This document shows positions 42,394 to 56,814 of a stretch of 64,000 bases of DNA, piece after piece (within the stretch, counting starts at the first letter, position 1; each line of letters starts with the position of its first letter). The stretch lies in the NCBI RefSeq assembly GCF_009914755.1, contig NC_060925.1. The stretch is one strand, 5' to 3'. A program made the position numbers and the translations under genes. This stretch comes from the human T2T-CHM13v2.0 reference genome, Homo sapiens. The notes beneath the pieces are model-generated. The model worked only from the letters and a program-made list of their open reading frames with translations. It was not told the DNA's origin and ran no database searches.

Positions 42394-44404
42394 TATTTCT
42401 TTATTACAGTTCTATGAAGACTTCTGTTCCAGTTAGGATATAGGAAATCATCAGAGACTATAATTTCCTCCATAACAAGGAAAATAAGCTGTATTTTTTT
42501 AATGTAGTTTTAAAACCTATTAGGGAACTGAGACCACAATGTAATTGAAATTAAACTCCAGGGAAAGTCCTGCCCAGGACAGGAGAGACTTGCAGCTGCT
42601 CTTATCCAAACTGAAAGAAATCTCCACAAGACATTGTGAGCCATCAGTGAATGCAAGGCAGTAGTCCTTCAAAGGCTGGGAGCAGCAAAGCAGTTGCTGA
42701 AAGCTAGCAGGAGAACTGCAGAACAACGAGAACGCTCCAGCAACCAAAAGAGTAATCGGAGAGACTTTACTGGTAAAGGGATCCATTCATCAATAAGATA
42801 TAACAATCCTAAATGTGTACCGGCCTACTAAGACGTTCTCAAAACACATTCACAAACACATACTAAGACATTCTCAAAACACAAAAATAGAAACTGACAG
42901 AATGGGAAGGAGAAATAGACAAATCCCCAATTAGGTTGGCGATTTCAACCACTGTCTCATGAAATAATTTTTTTAAGTAGAAAAAAAGTAAAGATACAAA
43001 AGATTTGCCTACTGCTATCAATCAACTTGACCTTATCGACATTTATAGAACATGCTACCCAAAACAGCAGAATACATGTTCCTTTTAAGTAACCACAAAA
43101 CAAGTCCCAATAAATAGAATAGGGCTGATATCAAACAGGGTATGCTATCTGACAAAAAATTATACATCAAATCAAAAAGATATTAGAAATATACCCAAAT
43201 ACATAGAAATTCAGTTATACATTACTGAATAACTTGTGCAGGGCACAGAGAAAGTTAAAAAACATTGACCTAAATGAAAATGAAAATAACATAACATTTG
43301 CAGACGCAGCTAAAGAGGTACTTAAATAAAATAAATAGCTTTATATGCTTACGTAAGAAAAGAATATGGGTCCCAACCATATCTGAGCTTCCACCTTAAA
43401 AAAAAAAAATCCCACGTCAATTTCTATGCTTCCAATTTATGAAGTTTGGAGACAAAGAGCAAATTAAACTTGCAATAAGTAGAAAAAGGAAATAACAAAG
43501 AAAAGAGGAAAAATCAATGAAATAAAAAACCAAAATGCAATAGAAAAATCAATGAACCCAGGGAAATAAAACAATACAGAAACTCCATGAACTCAAAAGA
43601 AAATCAATGAAACCCAAGAGCTGAGTGGCTCTTTGTAAAAATTAGTAAAATTGTAAACTTTCAGTTAGACTAGGAAGGCAGGAAGGAAGAAAGGAAGGGA
43701 GGGAGGAAGAAAAAATTACCAATATCGTGAAGGATCAAAGAGAAGATATTACTACAAATATTACAAAATGGATAATAAATATTATAAATAACTATATGCT
43801 AATAAACTTGACGTTGACCGTTCTAAACTAGGGATTCTCCGCTTTGGCACTACTGGCATTTGAGGCAGTACTTTGCGTTACCGAATTGAACTTGGGTCCA
43901 CTTGCCTGGCACAGTAAAGCCAAACACTGACACTGAGGTTTGCAGCAAGAGAAAGAAGGAGGTTTATTTTCAGAGCACCAAGCAAGGAGGGCAAGCGGCT
44001 AATGCTTGAGACCTGACCTCCCGGATGGCTTACAAGCAGGGTTTTTAAAGGCTGGGTGCCTTCCAGGAAAGCAGAAGTTACAGGCAAAATCGTACCTGGG
44101 GCTTGTACAGTAGTTTGGCCTCAAAAGGCAGGATATGGTGAAGCAGCGGCTTGAAGCTTCAGCAATTGTTTGATTTGCAACTGGCTGCAAAGGTGAAGAT
44201 TTGGCCTGTGGGCGTGACTCCAGGCCCCTCAGGAAGAAATTGAGAATAAGAACAGCTGTCAAGAGTTCAGTCAGTTCCCGCTCGTTCCCGCTCGTTCCCG
44301 CTCATCTGAGATGTGCGTGACAGCAGTCAGCATTTTCCATCTGGTGGGGGTCGGTCTTTCTGAAAAACAACTCAAGAACATAGGTTACGAGGTTATCTTT
44401 CCAT

Positions 44405-44726
44405 TTCTTCTCTTTTCTTTCTTTCCTTTTTTTTTTCTTTTTCTTTTTTTTTTTTTTGAGATGGAGTCTCGCTCTGTCGCCCAGGCTGGATCTTGGCTCA
44501 CTGCAACCTCCACCCCCTGGGTTCACGCCATTCTCCTGCCTCAGCCTCCCGAGTAGGTGGGATTATAGGCCCCCACCACCACACCCCGCTAATTTTTTGT
44601 ATTTTTAGTAGAGACGGGGTTTCACCATGTTGGCCAGGCTGGTCTCAAACGCCTGACCTCAGGTGATCCGCCCGCCTCGGCCTCCCAAAGTGCAGGGATT
44701 ACAGGCGTGAGCCACCGTGCCTGGCC
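44405..44726 (-). mobile_element. AluS with small deletion
   Basis: Antisense dimer; CAGGCTGGA joined to TCTTGGCTCAC; T/C-rich tail. Confidence 0.95.
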
Positions 44727-44827
44727 CACCTTTTAATTTCTATAGGGAACCAAAACACCTGGTGACTCTGACTTGCTTGGGAGGCTGTTTTTTAAATTAT
44801 TACTATATTCTTCTTATCAGATTGTGC

Positions 44828-45040
44828 CTGTAAATAAACACCCTTCTTTTTCTTGCTGCAAACCTAAGCGTTGGTGTTTGGCTTGACTGTGCCAGGCAAG
44901 CGGACCTGAGTCCAGTTCAGTAACACAAAGCACTGCCTCAAATGTCAGCAGCGCCAAAGTGGAGAATTCCTAGTGTAGAATTATTTGTCAATGCCAATTT
45001 TACTGGCATATGGTTGTTTTCAATATTTATTTGTTATCCA
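44828..45040 (-). repeat. Inverted duplication of 43769-43973
   Basis: Reverse complement reads ...CTAGGAATTCTCCACTTTGGCGCTGCTGACATTTGAGGCAGTGCTTTGTGTTACTGAAC...CTTGCCTGGCACAGTCAAGCCAAACAC..., colinear with the left arm. Confidence 0.93.
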
Positions 45041-45147
45041 CTCTCCGTACATGGATAATAGCCTTTTCAGGGTCTCTCTCCCTTGAAGGGCCTCAGAATT
45101 TTTCCTTTATTTCCATGCTTGGTGGGGGTTCTGATGCATCTCATTTG

Positions 45148-45150
<3 letters not shown>

Positions 45151-45178
<28 letters not shown>
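45151..45178 (+). repeat. (TG)14 microsatellite
   Basis: Directly visible. Confidence 0.97.
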
Positions 45179-45180
<2 letters not shown>

Positions 45181-46628
45181 GGAGGGGATATTTTGTGCGT
45201 TATGGAATGCTTAGCAGGATCCGTGGTTCATCCACTGGATGCCACTATCAGTTCCCCAGCTTGTGACCTAAATGTCTCCAGTCATTGACAAATGTCCTAT
45301 TGGGAGCAAAACTATCTCTGCTGAGAACCACTGCCCTAAACTAACTGAAGGAGTTATTTAAATAAAGAATAAACAAAAATTATTGCCACTAGAAATGTTC
45401 AGGTCCACTTGGCTTCACTGGGGAATTCTATCAAACATTTAAGAAGGAAATACTATTAATCATATGCAAACTCCTTCAGCTAATATTGATGGTGGAAACA
45501 TTTGCTGACTCATTTTAGAGAGTTGGCATTGCCCTCATACCCAAGCCAGGCAAACATTTCACAAGAAAAGGAAATTATGGGTTAATATGTATTATAAAAA
45601 TAAAGGTAAAAACCCTCAATAAAACATTTGCAAAATGTAATATATATAAAAAAGATATATAATCACCAAATGGAGTTTACTCCACTAATGCAAGCTTGAT
45701 TTAACATCAGAAAATTGAGCATTGCAGTCTATCATATTAATAGACCAGGAAGACTAATAAACTAAGAGGAGAAGTCAAATGATTATTTCAATGGATACAG
45801 AAAATGTGCTTGACAAAATTCAACCACTATTCATGATAAAAGCTCTCAGCAAACCTGGAATACAAGGAAACTTCCTCAACCGAATGAAGGGCATCTACAA
45901 AAACAAAGCAAACAAACGAACGAAAACACACAGCTCTCATTATATGTAACCATATATTAAAACTAAATGTTTCTCCCCTATGATCAAGCATAAGGCAAGA
46001 AAAAGAAGTAAAAAGCAGGAAGATGAAAAAATAAGAAGAAAAACTGTCTTTTTGCTGCAGACATAATTATGTATATAGAAAATCTTAAGCAATCAGTGAA
46101 AAAGCTGCTATAGGCAATAAGTGAACTTAGCAAGATCACAAGATAGATAGAAGGTCAAATAGAAAAATCAATTGTATTTCTTATACTAGCAATAAATATT
46201 TCAAAAATCAAATCGACATAATACCAATTCCAAAAGCTTAAAAATAAAAAAATACTTATAAATTTTTTTAATAAACTATATACAACACTACAAAATATTG
46301 CTAAAGGAAATTAAAGAAGAGATAAATAAATGGAGTGACATATCATGTTCATGGATGAGAATGCCAAATCTTCCAGAATTTATGTATAAATTCAATGTAA
46401 TCCCAATTATAATCTCAGCTGGCTGTTTTTGTAGCAACTCACAAGCTGCTTCTAAAATGTATGTGGCTATGCAAATAACCTAAAATAAGCAAAACAATTT
46501 GGGGAATTAAAAAAAAATTGGAGGATTTTACTATCTGATTTGAAGATTTATTATAAATGGCAGTAATTAAAACAGGTTAGTAATGATATAACAATAGAAA
46601 TCAATGCAATAGGAGAAAGATTCCAAAA

Positions 46629-46825
46629 CTGTGCTGTTCAGTATAGTGGCTTCTAGCCTTATGTGGCTATGTAAATGTAAATATAAATTTATCAAATGCA
46701 AATAAAATTAAAACTTTAGTTCCTGCTATACTTTAAGTGAACACATTTCAATTGTCTAGTGGCACTGTATTAGCACAGATACAGAATATATCCACCATTG
46801 CAGAAAGTTCTACTGGACAGTGCTG
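46629..46825. mobile_element. MER3 (hAT-Charlie)
   Basis: CTGTGCTGTTCAGTATAGTGGC...GCAGAAAGTTCTACTGGACAGTGCTG termini. Confidence 0.85.
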
Positions 46826-46881
46826 AGACAGAAATGGATTTTTGACAATGGGGCTAAGATAATTCCGTGATAAGAAAGAAT

Positions 46882-47156
<275 letters not shown>

Positions 47157-47487
47157 AAGAAAGAATAGGATTTTCCAGAAATTGGACTGGAATAATTGGA
47201 CATTTGTATGCAAAAATACAGTAAATCTTTGCCCCATAACTCACACGATAAACATAAATTTACTTTTACATAAATTTACCTTACATAAATATAAATGTTG
47301 AGGATAAAATTACAAAACTTCTAGAAGAGAAAAATCTTGACCATGATTTTGGCAAGAATGCTTTTCTATAAGGGTTTTTTAATACAGAAAAAAATTCCCT
47401 GCATATAATCTAATCTAATCTATATTTGGATTTCATCAAAATAAAATGCTTCTTCTCCTTAAAAATTATTATTTAAATAATGAAAGG

Positions 47488-47914
<427 letters not shown>

Positions 47915-48039
47915 CTAACCAAAAAAAATGGAAAAAAAATTGAACACTTTACCAAAGAACATATACAAATGGCCAACAAGTACATGAAAAGATGCTCAAC
48001 ATTAACACTCATCAACAAAAGAACAATAAACTGTTGATG

Positions 48040-48322
48040 ATCCATGAAGTCTTCTCTCAAAAAAGTGACATTTGAGCTGAGATCTACATAATGTGAAGGT
48101 AAACACACACTCTAATTGGGAATAATTTGGGAATAAAGAATTCTACATGCCAGGACCACAAAAGCCTTGAGACAGATATGAGTATGGCATGCTCATTGAA
48201 GTTATGTGTAAAGGAGCCATTGGAAGTTTTTAGGCAAATGATATTTGTATTGCTTTCTAGTTTATATTAAAGATTATATATATATACATATTATATATAT
48301 ACATATAATATATATACATATC

Positions 48323-48353
<31 letters not shown>

Positions 48354-49930
48354 TATTCCAGAAAGCTATGTGGGGAATGGACTATAAGAGGATCAAGAGT
48401 GTGTCAGAAAATTGAGTTTAGGGCTATTGTCATGGTTCAGGCAAGAGAGGATAGTGGTTTGAACCTGGGCTGGGACACTAGAGGTGATGAGCTCTTAGGA
48501 TCAGGCTATATTTCGAGACAGAGCTGATAGGACTTATTCATGTATCAGATGAAGGTATGGGTAAAAGAAGGAGTGGGGTCATGGCTTATTCCTAGTTTTG
48601 AGCTTGAGCAACTGGATGAAAGATGTTGCCATTCACGAAAAGGATCTAGTTTGTAGGGAAACACTAAAATATATTTTATTTAACTATTAGCTTTGAGGTA
48701 TTTATTAAACATAAAATTGGAGGGTTTTTTTAAAGCTTAGTTGGAGATCACAACTTAAACATACATATTTGGGATCAACTGCCTATGAAAGGTGTTCAAG
48801 GCCACAGAGCATGGTGTGATTACTTACGGACAAAGTGTAGATAGGGAAGAAGGGCCAATCCTGAACATTGTCCCCTTAGAGGGAACAGACAGTAACGAAA
48901 ACTCAGAAGGGGCAGCACCTGGGTAGGAAGAAATCCAAAAAGGTGGCATTTAGAAAATCTACAGGAAAACAAAACTAAAAAAGATAAATGAAAAAAAAAA
49001 ACTTTAAAGACAGATGTTCTGAAATGATAGTGGGTATAACTACGTCAAGTGCTATTGAGAAGTCAAATAAAATGAGAAAAAAAATTGGACTATTGAATTT
49101 GGGAAGAAGAAAGTGATCTCACTGTCTTACCGAGATCTTATGGGTAATCTTAGCAGGAGCTGTTTCAGCGGATATGTGGAAACAGATGTTAAAGGGGTGA
49201 GTTGAGAAGATGATGAAAGATGAGAAGATAAAAATGTGTAGAGTTAGTTATTCTTCCCTTAATGGAAACAGGGAAATGGCTTTAGCTGAAGGGGCTGAAA
49301 GGAGGAGCATTTGTTTATACATTTATTAGTATTGGAATGTTAAGAATTAGCCAGTAGAAAGAGAAAAAATGATGAAACAACAGAGAAACAAACAAACAAA
49401 AAATTGCAGGACAAAAGAAAAGATGGAATCCTAGCAAAAGTATAAGGGTTACCCCTCATGAGAACAAAGATGCAATTTGCATTGCAACAAGAGAGAAGGC
49501 AGAGTTAGGTATAGAGCTGTTTGGTTTTGCAGTTAGATGATGAGATTATTGACCCATGGTTGCATCTATTTTTCTTCAATGAATTATCACTCGGTCATCA
49601 ACTGGCAGTGGGCTGAAAATGGGTTTTAGAGACTGGAAGATAAGATAGAGGTGTGCAATGGCCTTCTGAAACAGTAAGAAAGTGAAGCTACAAGAGAACT
49701 GGATGGAAATAGAAATACCCATTTGAGATATGTAAGAAGAGTGAGAAAAGTTATGTGATTGTCTTCGGCAACCTTTAGGTACCCAGGTAGAAATACACAG
49801 CTGTTGGGCTCATCCAAGGTTGGGGTTTTGCAAGTGAATATGATGGTGGGCAAAAGAACTGACAATATTTCCCAAGGAAGAGTTGTAATGCTGGATGGTG
49901 AAATCTAAGCTGGTTTAGCAGAAGCTGCTA
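48040..49930 (-). mobile_element. L2 remnant
   Basis: GTGACATTTGAGCTGAGA, GAGCCATTGGAAGTTTTTAGGCA, TTGAGCAACTGGATGAA are L2 antisense motifs. Confidence 0.75.
48275..48355. repeat. (TA)n/(CA)n low-complexity tract
   Basis: Directly visible. Confidence 0.95.
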
Positions 49931-51539
49931 ACTATTCAACAAAATCAGTGTTCACCTCTTTCTCATTCCCAAAATCCCAATTCGGCCTGGAGTGACTGAG
50001 CATTTCGATTTGTCAGAGGTAGAGGAGTTCCCCTGGATGCAGGGATTTCCACGCTGAAACAAAAGAAGGTGGTTAAGTCTGATCACATCCAATTCATGGC
50101 ACTTCCAAGGAGGTATATCATCTTCTGATTTAATTCCAGACAAAGCAGACAGAGTCCTTTGACCTGATCCTGAATTGTCATGGTCTTGGAAGACCATTTA
50201 GAAAGTTGGATGCAAAATTTCACCTGCAGAAGTTCAAGTCTCCCTAGAGAGGCTCGGCTCTTCAGGTTCATACTGAAACTTATATTGTAGATTAACTGTA
50301 TCTCTACTGAAACATTAATGGAATACTCCAAGTACCTAACCTGATATAAGAAACATTTGCTAGTTTGGTGTCTTGCAGTAGATACCCAATAAATATTTGT
50401 TATTTTTTTGTTATGCTTCCCAGAAGCACACTTCATTTTCTACCAATACAACTAATCACATCTACAATGAATGCACCCACTTCTACTCCAAAGCGTATGA
50501 ATCTAAGCCAAGGCAAATTGTTATTATTGACATTGTTATTATCATACTTTGCTACTGCTATTAAATTCTTCTCCTGCCAGAACCTAAGGAGAATTCATGT
50601 TAGCAGCTGTGATAGTTCTATGCATTCCAATAATTGCAATTTCAATGTATAAATATCAAATGTCAAATCAATGATATGCAAGGTCAATAATAATGGGTTT
50701 GAATTTATTGAAATGCTACGCTGCACGAGAAACACAGATTAAACTGTTCCAAATCTAGGAATGCATGAAAGTTGCTGAGAATGCTAAGTGAAAGAAGATC
50801 ATAGGTTTCCCATGCTCTTCAGTAAATATTTTCAGCAAATAATTATAACATTAACTTACAGTGCATTAAATATTTATATTGAGAATATAGAGAAACTAAC
50901 GCAAGCATTCAAGTTAATTACGAACTGGTACATCTTAGCTCAGGGAGAGTCAGAGAATTTAGTCAGATTCTTTTTTGTTGTTGTTTTTCTCCTTGTTAAT
51001 TATACTTCTTTTTAGTCAGTCTTAAAGACAGAAGAGGCCTTTGAAATATAGTTTGATCCTTTTTACAGATGAGAAAACTTAGACTCACAAAATTGTGTGA
51101 CTTATGCTCCCAATTAGAAAGGAATGTGAAGAGCAAATGAAAGTTTGGGAAGGTATTTCCAACGCATTGAGATCTTGAGAACCTAAGTAGAATTGGGGGT
51201 TGGGGGACAAGGCGCAGGGAAGGGGAAGAGATAGGATGGGAGTAAGTGTTGTAGACGGTAAGAAGGAAATGACCTCATTGTGGAGTGGAGTTTGGGTGTT
51301 CAGTGAGATAAACGCAGGCTGGAGAGAGAAGGTTGAGTACCCATCATCTTTTGTGACATACTTTCCTCATCAGAGGAAGAAGAGAGGATCCAAACCCGGC
51401 CATTGCATGCCGTCTTATTTGTAGAAATTTCCTGGCTTCCCAACAGGTAGGGAAAGTTGCACTTCTCTCAACTATTAGAGGAGTGGCTGTAAAATAGTCT
51501 GTGCACAACCCTTACGATTCATTAGAGCACAGGAAGAAA

Positions 51540-52834
<1,295 letters not shown>

Positions 52835-53009
52835 GTAGGAACACTTTTCCTTTCCCACTCAGTGCTCAACCCTATAAAAGACAATAAGAATTATACTCTT
52901 CTTAAAAAAAATTTATTGTAGTAAAATATAAACATAAAATTTACCATTTTAATTATTTTTAAGTGTTCAGCTCTGTGGCATTACATATATTCACATCATT
53001 AGGTATAAT

Positions 53010-53200
53010 AATTGCACTTTTGTATGCCTCTTTATGGTTTACAAAGCACTATGAAATAGATCATTTCATTTTGATCTCATTACTGTTTATGAGAGACACA
53101 GTATATGAAGCCCATTTTACAGATGGTAAGAAGCACACTGGGAAATTAAATGCTAGTAATTATCAGAGCCAGGATTTAAGTTCTGATCTCCAGAAACACT
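53010..53200 (-). mobile_element. MIR
   Basis: CCCATTTTACAGATGGTAAG...CAGAGCCAGGATTTAA. Confidence 0.7.
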
Positions 53201-53216
53201 ATTTTCTTCATATTTT

Positions 53217-54686
53217 TGAGAGGTGACAGCATGTTGGCAGCCCTTGCTTACTCTGGGTGCCTCCTCAGCCTTGGCGCCCACTCTGGCCGCACTTGAGGAG
53301 CCCTTCAGCCCACCGCTGCACTATGGGAGCCCCTCTCTGGGCTGGCTGAGGCTGGAGCTGGCTCCCTCTGCTTGCTGGGAGGCATGGAGGGAGAGGTGCA
53401 CGCGGGAACCGGGGCTGTGCCCCACGGCACTCACAGGCCAGCGTGAGTTCTGGGTGGGCATGGGTTCGGAGGGCCCCACACTCTGAGCAGCCAGCTGGCA
53501 CCGCCAGCCCCGGGCAGTCAGGGGCTTAGCACCCAGGCCAGCAGCTGTGGAGGGTGCGCAGGGTCCCCCAGCAGTGCTGGCCCACCGGCACTGTGCTCGA
53601 ATTCTCACTGGGTCTCAGCTGCCTCCCTGCAGGGCAGGGCTCAGGACCTGCAGCCCGCCATGCCTGAGCCTCACCCCTGCTGTGGACTCCTGCACAGCCG
53701 GACGAGCACCACCCCCTGCTCCACAGCGCCTGGTCCCATCGAGGGCCCAAGGGCTGAGGAGTGCAGGTGCATGCCGCAGGACTGGTGGGCAGCTCTGCCT
53801 GTGGCCCCGGGGCAGGATCCACTAGGTGAAGCCAGCTGGACTCCTGAGGCTAGTAGGGACTTGGAGAATCTTGACGTCTAGCTAAGGGATTGTAAATACA
53901 CCAATCAGCACTCTGTGTCTAGCTCAAGGTTTGTAAATGCACCAATCAGCACTCTGTATCCAGCTAATCTAGTGGGGACTTGGAGAACCTTTATGTCTAG
54001 CTAAGGGATTGTAAATACACCAATCAGCACTCTGTGTCTAGCTCAAGGTGTGTAAATGCACCAATCAGCCCTCTGCATCTAGCTAGTCTAGTGGGGACTT
54101 GAAGAACCTTTATGTCTAGCTAAAGGATTGTAAATACACCAATCAGAACTCTGTGTCTAGTTCAAGGTTTGTAAATGAACCAATCAGTGTTCTGTGTCTA
54201 GCTAATCTAGTAGGGACTTGGAGAACCTTTATGTCTAGCTCAGGGATTGTAAATGCACCAATCAGCACCCTGTCAAAACAGACCAATCAGCTCTCTGTAA
54301 AATGGACCAATCAGCAGGATGTGGGTGGGGCCAGATAAGGGAATAAAAACATGTTGCCCGAGCCAGCAGTGGCAATTTGCTCGGGTCCGCTTCCACTCTG
54401 TGGAAGCTTTGTTCTTTCGCTCTTTGCAGTAAATCTTGCTGCTGCTCACTCTTTGGGTCCGCAATGCCTTTATGAGCTGTAACACTCACTGCGAAGGTCT
54501 GCAGCTTCACTCCTGAGGCCAGCGAGACCATGAACCCACCAGAAGGAAGAAACTCCGAACACATCCGAACATCTGAAGGAACAAACTCCAGACACACCGC
54601 CTTTAAGAACTGTAACACTCACCACAAGGGGCCGCAGCTTCATTCTTGAAGTCAATGAGACCAAGAACCTACCAATTCCGGACACA
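53217..54686 (+). mobile_element. LTR12-family (ERV9) solo LTR, full length
   Basis: TGAGAGGTGACAGC start, GC-rich U3, CCAATCAGC repeats, U5 repeats, ...CCAATTCCGGACACA end; 4-bp TSD TTTT; no PBS follows. Confidence 0.96.
53850..54350 (+). promoter_or_regulatory. ERV9 U3 enhancer/promoter: nine CCAAT boxes, GC/GT box, GATA, AATAAA TATA-like box
   Basis: CCAAT at 53901, 53942, 54020, 54061, 54139, 54180, 54258, 54283, 54307; GGGTGGGG 54323; AGATAA 54333; AATAAAA 54342. Confidence 0.75.
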
Positions 54687-56144
54687 TTTTCACCCAAACC
54701 AGGAATATCTAATAGCCCAAGACTTTGTTCTGAGTTCCCTGGACCCGGAGAGTTACCTGGCACAGAAAAGTATTTGTAGCATTTATGTCTGAGATGCGGA
54801 AATACTCAAGGTTGCAATAGAATCACAAGACTAAAGAGACTCTGCCTTATTGGCAAAACTGTACCCCTACAACCCACTACATGTCTCTGACACTGTAAAT
54901 GCATGTCAGCAGCCTTCAGGGGTAATGGAATGAGGGAAAGGAAGAAGTATACTCTCAGCACAAGGCAAGCTTAGGTTTGCCTTCCGAGTCAAAGCCTTCT
55001 AGCTCTGAGCATGTGCACGGCGTCATCCCTCTGCTCTCTCTCTCCCCTCCACTTGGCTCTTATCTTCTTCCAGCCATAGTGCACAGGTCTCGTCTTTTGG
55101 GAAGGCTTGTTTCAAGGCCATCTTAGACTAAAGGCCCTTCCTCTGAACTTCCTGAGACAGTCCCGCTGTTTACCTAGTCAAAGCACAGGCTGTCTTGTTT
55201 CATAATTCTACAACTTCTCTGTTGTCAGCACAGTCCTGGAGGATCCCAGAGCACAGAGCCTGGCACGCAGCCGTGCTCAGTGTCCTTGCTGAGTGAATGA
55301 TGGGATCCATTCGTCTGTATTCACCAGTGGGGTTAAGCTTCCCACTTCTGTGGTAGCTAAAGCACTTCAATCTGTTCAGACCCAACTGAGGGTATTCTCA
55401 GAGCCCAGTGTGAGGGGGATGTAATTATGAAACTGAAAGCTTATTCAGAAATAACAGCTGTGGGTCCAGTTATTCAATGCAGACTCTATGGGCTCCGTTG
55501 AACCCCTTAAAATAGCCTGTAAATCTTCTCCCAAGCCTGAGGCCAGCAGAATATTTTCCCTGGAGTTACCAAAAGCCCAGTTCTCTTTTTGTTCTCTTTT
55601 GTGTCCCAGCACGAAGCCCAGCAGGCTGGACCTGCAGGTAGGGCTGACAGCCAGCAGTTGCTGAGCTCCCTTGTCTTAGCATCTGACAGAGAGGCCCTGG
55701 CACCAAGCATTTTGAGCAAAAAAAACAGAGCTGATTCAGGTGCTGGGCTTGGTTCTTCAGAAGCTGCCATCTGGACACACTCTGCCTCAGAAAAAAATGC
55801 CAAGCTTAGGGGTTCATCAGGCAGGAGGGCCTCCAGGTGCACCTGTGAGCAGCATCACTCATTAATTTATACTCACTGGACCACAGCAATAGGACATCTT
55901 CAGGCGCAATCCACCTGCCATAAACACCTTAGCTGGGCAAAGAGTGACATTATTTGGGACGAACCTGGTAGCTACCTGCAAGGGGTAACGTGAAAGTGAA
56001 TAGGGTCCTGGAGGGGCAGGCCAAGTTCAAGGTCAAGATCAGTGGATTCAAAGTGAGTACCCAGGTGTTCATTTCTTCACATGCCTGCTGAATGCTATAG
56101 GCCTGCTCATTTCCCCACCGGCAAGTCATTTCTGCTCTGTTTAG

Positions 56145-56179
<35 letters not shown>

Positions 56180-56182
56180 CAC
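56145..56182 (+). repeat. Interrupted (AC)n microsatellite
   Basis: Directly visible. Confidence 0.97.
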
Positions 56183-56534
56183 CCTAAGAACAGACTCATG
56201 GACAAAGGGTAAGCACCAAACAAGAACAATAAAAGGAACACATTACTGAATTAATGGAAATTTTAAAATAGAAAAATTTTCTTTACCTCAAGCCACATAC
56301 ACTTAGAATTATTTACATTTTGGCTTAAATCAATGCATTAATAAATGAGATATCACTTTTGCAAAAAAATTTCAAAGTGTATTTGCTTCCTTTGAACCTA
56401 ATTGCCAAGATATGTTGGCTCTCATACAAAAACTGGGTTTGTGCCAATAAATCTTATTTCAGATTTTGAATAGTTGGGCTGCCGAGTAAATGCAATCTAA
56501 GTAACAGCCTCATGTGATTTGTATTAGACCTTAG

Positions 56535-56814
56535 TTTCTTTTCTTTTTCTTTTTCTCTTTTTTTTTTTTTTTTTTGTGTGTGTGTGAGATGGAGTTTCAC
56601 TCTGTCGCCCAGGCTAGAGTGCAGTGGCACCATCTCAGCTCACTGCAAGCTCCACCTCCCGGGTTCACGCCATTCTCCCTCCTGCCTCAGCCTCCCGAGT
56701 AGCTGGGACTACAGGTACCCGCCACCACGCCTGGCTAATTTTTTGTATTTTTAGTAGAGATGAGGTTTCACCGTGTTAGCCAGGATGGTCTCGATCTCCT
56801 GACCTCGTGATCCG
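56535..56814 (-). mobile_element. AluY, 5'-truncated
   Basis: GCAAGCTCC, TTCACGCCATT, CCGTGTTAGCCAGGATGGTCTCGATCTCC; stops at GTGATCCG. Confidence 0.95.

Larger units (their letters stand above)
43876..45143 (-). mobile_element. ERV1-class solo LTR (MER67-like) containing an Alu and an inverted insert
   Basis: Minus-strand start TGAGATGCATC...CCAAGCATGGAAATAAAGGAAAAA; end ...GGTAACG; 4-bp TSD TTTG at 43872-43875 and 45144-45147. Confidence 0.8.
43829..45333. mobile_element. MER20 (hAT-Charlie) split by an LTR
   Basis: Left TAGGGATTCTCC...GGCACTACTGGCATTTG; right AAATGTCTCCAGTCATTGACAAATGTCC...GAGAACCACTG; 8-bp TSD-like TTCTAAAC/CCCTAAAC. Confidence 0.85.

Noticed and set aside
43876-44925. 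Apparent novel DNA transposon with ~100-bp terminal inverted repeats
   Set aside because: Inverted similarity extends outward through MER20 and L1, and the LTR continues to 45143 with its own TSD, so it is a duplication, not TIRs
53850-54270. Regularly spaced repeats resembling a CRISPR array
   Set aside because: Intervening sequence is also repeated (119-bp tandem units); this is known ERV9 U3 architecture
53223-54763. Dense overlapping ORFs on both strands
   Set aside because: Chance frames in GC-rich LTR12
55589-55993. 134-aa ORF downstream of LTR12
   Set aside because: Non-ATG start, no recognisable domain or coding-like composition
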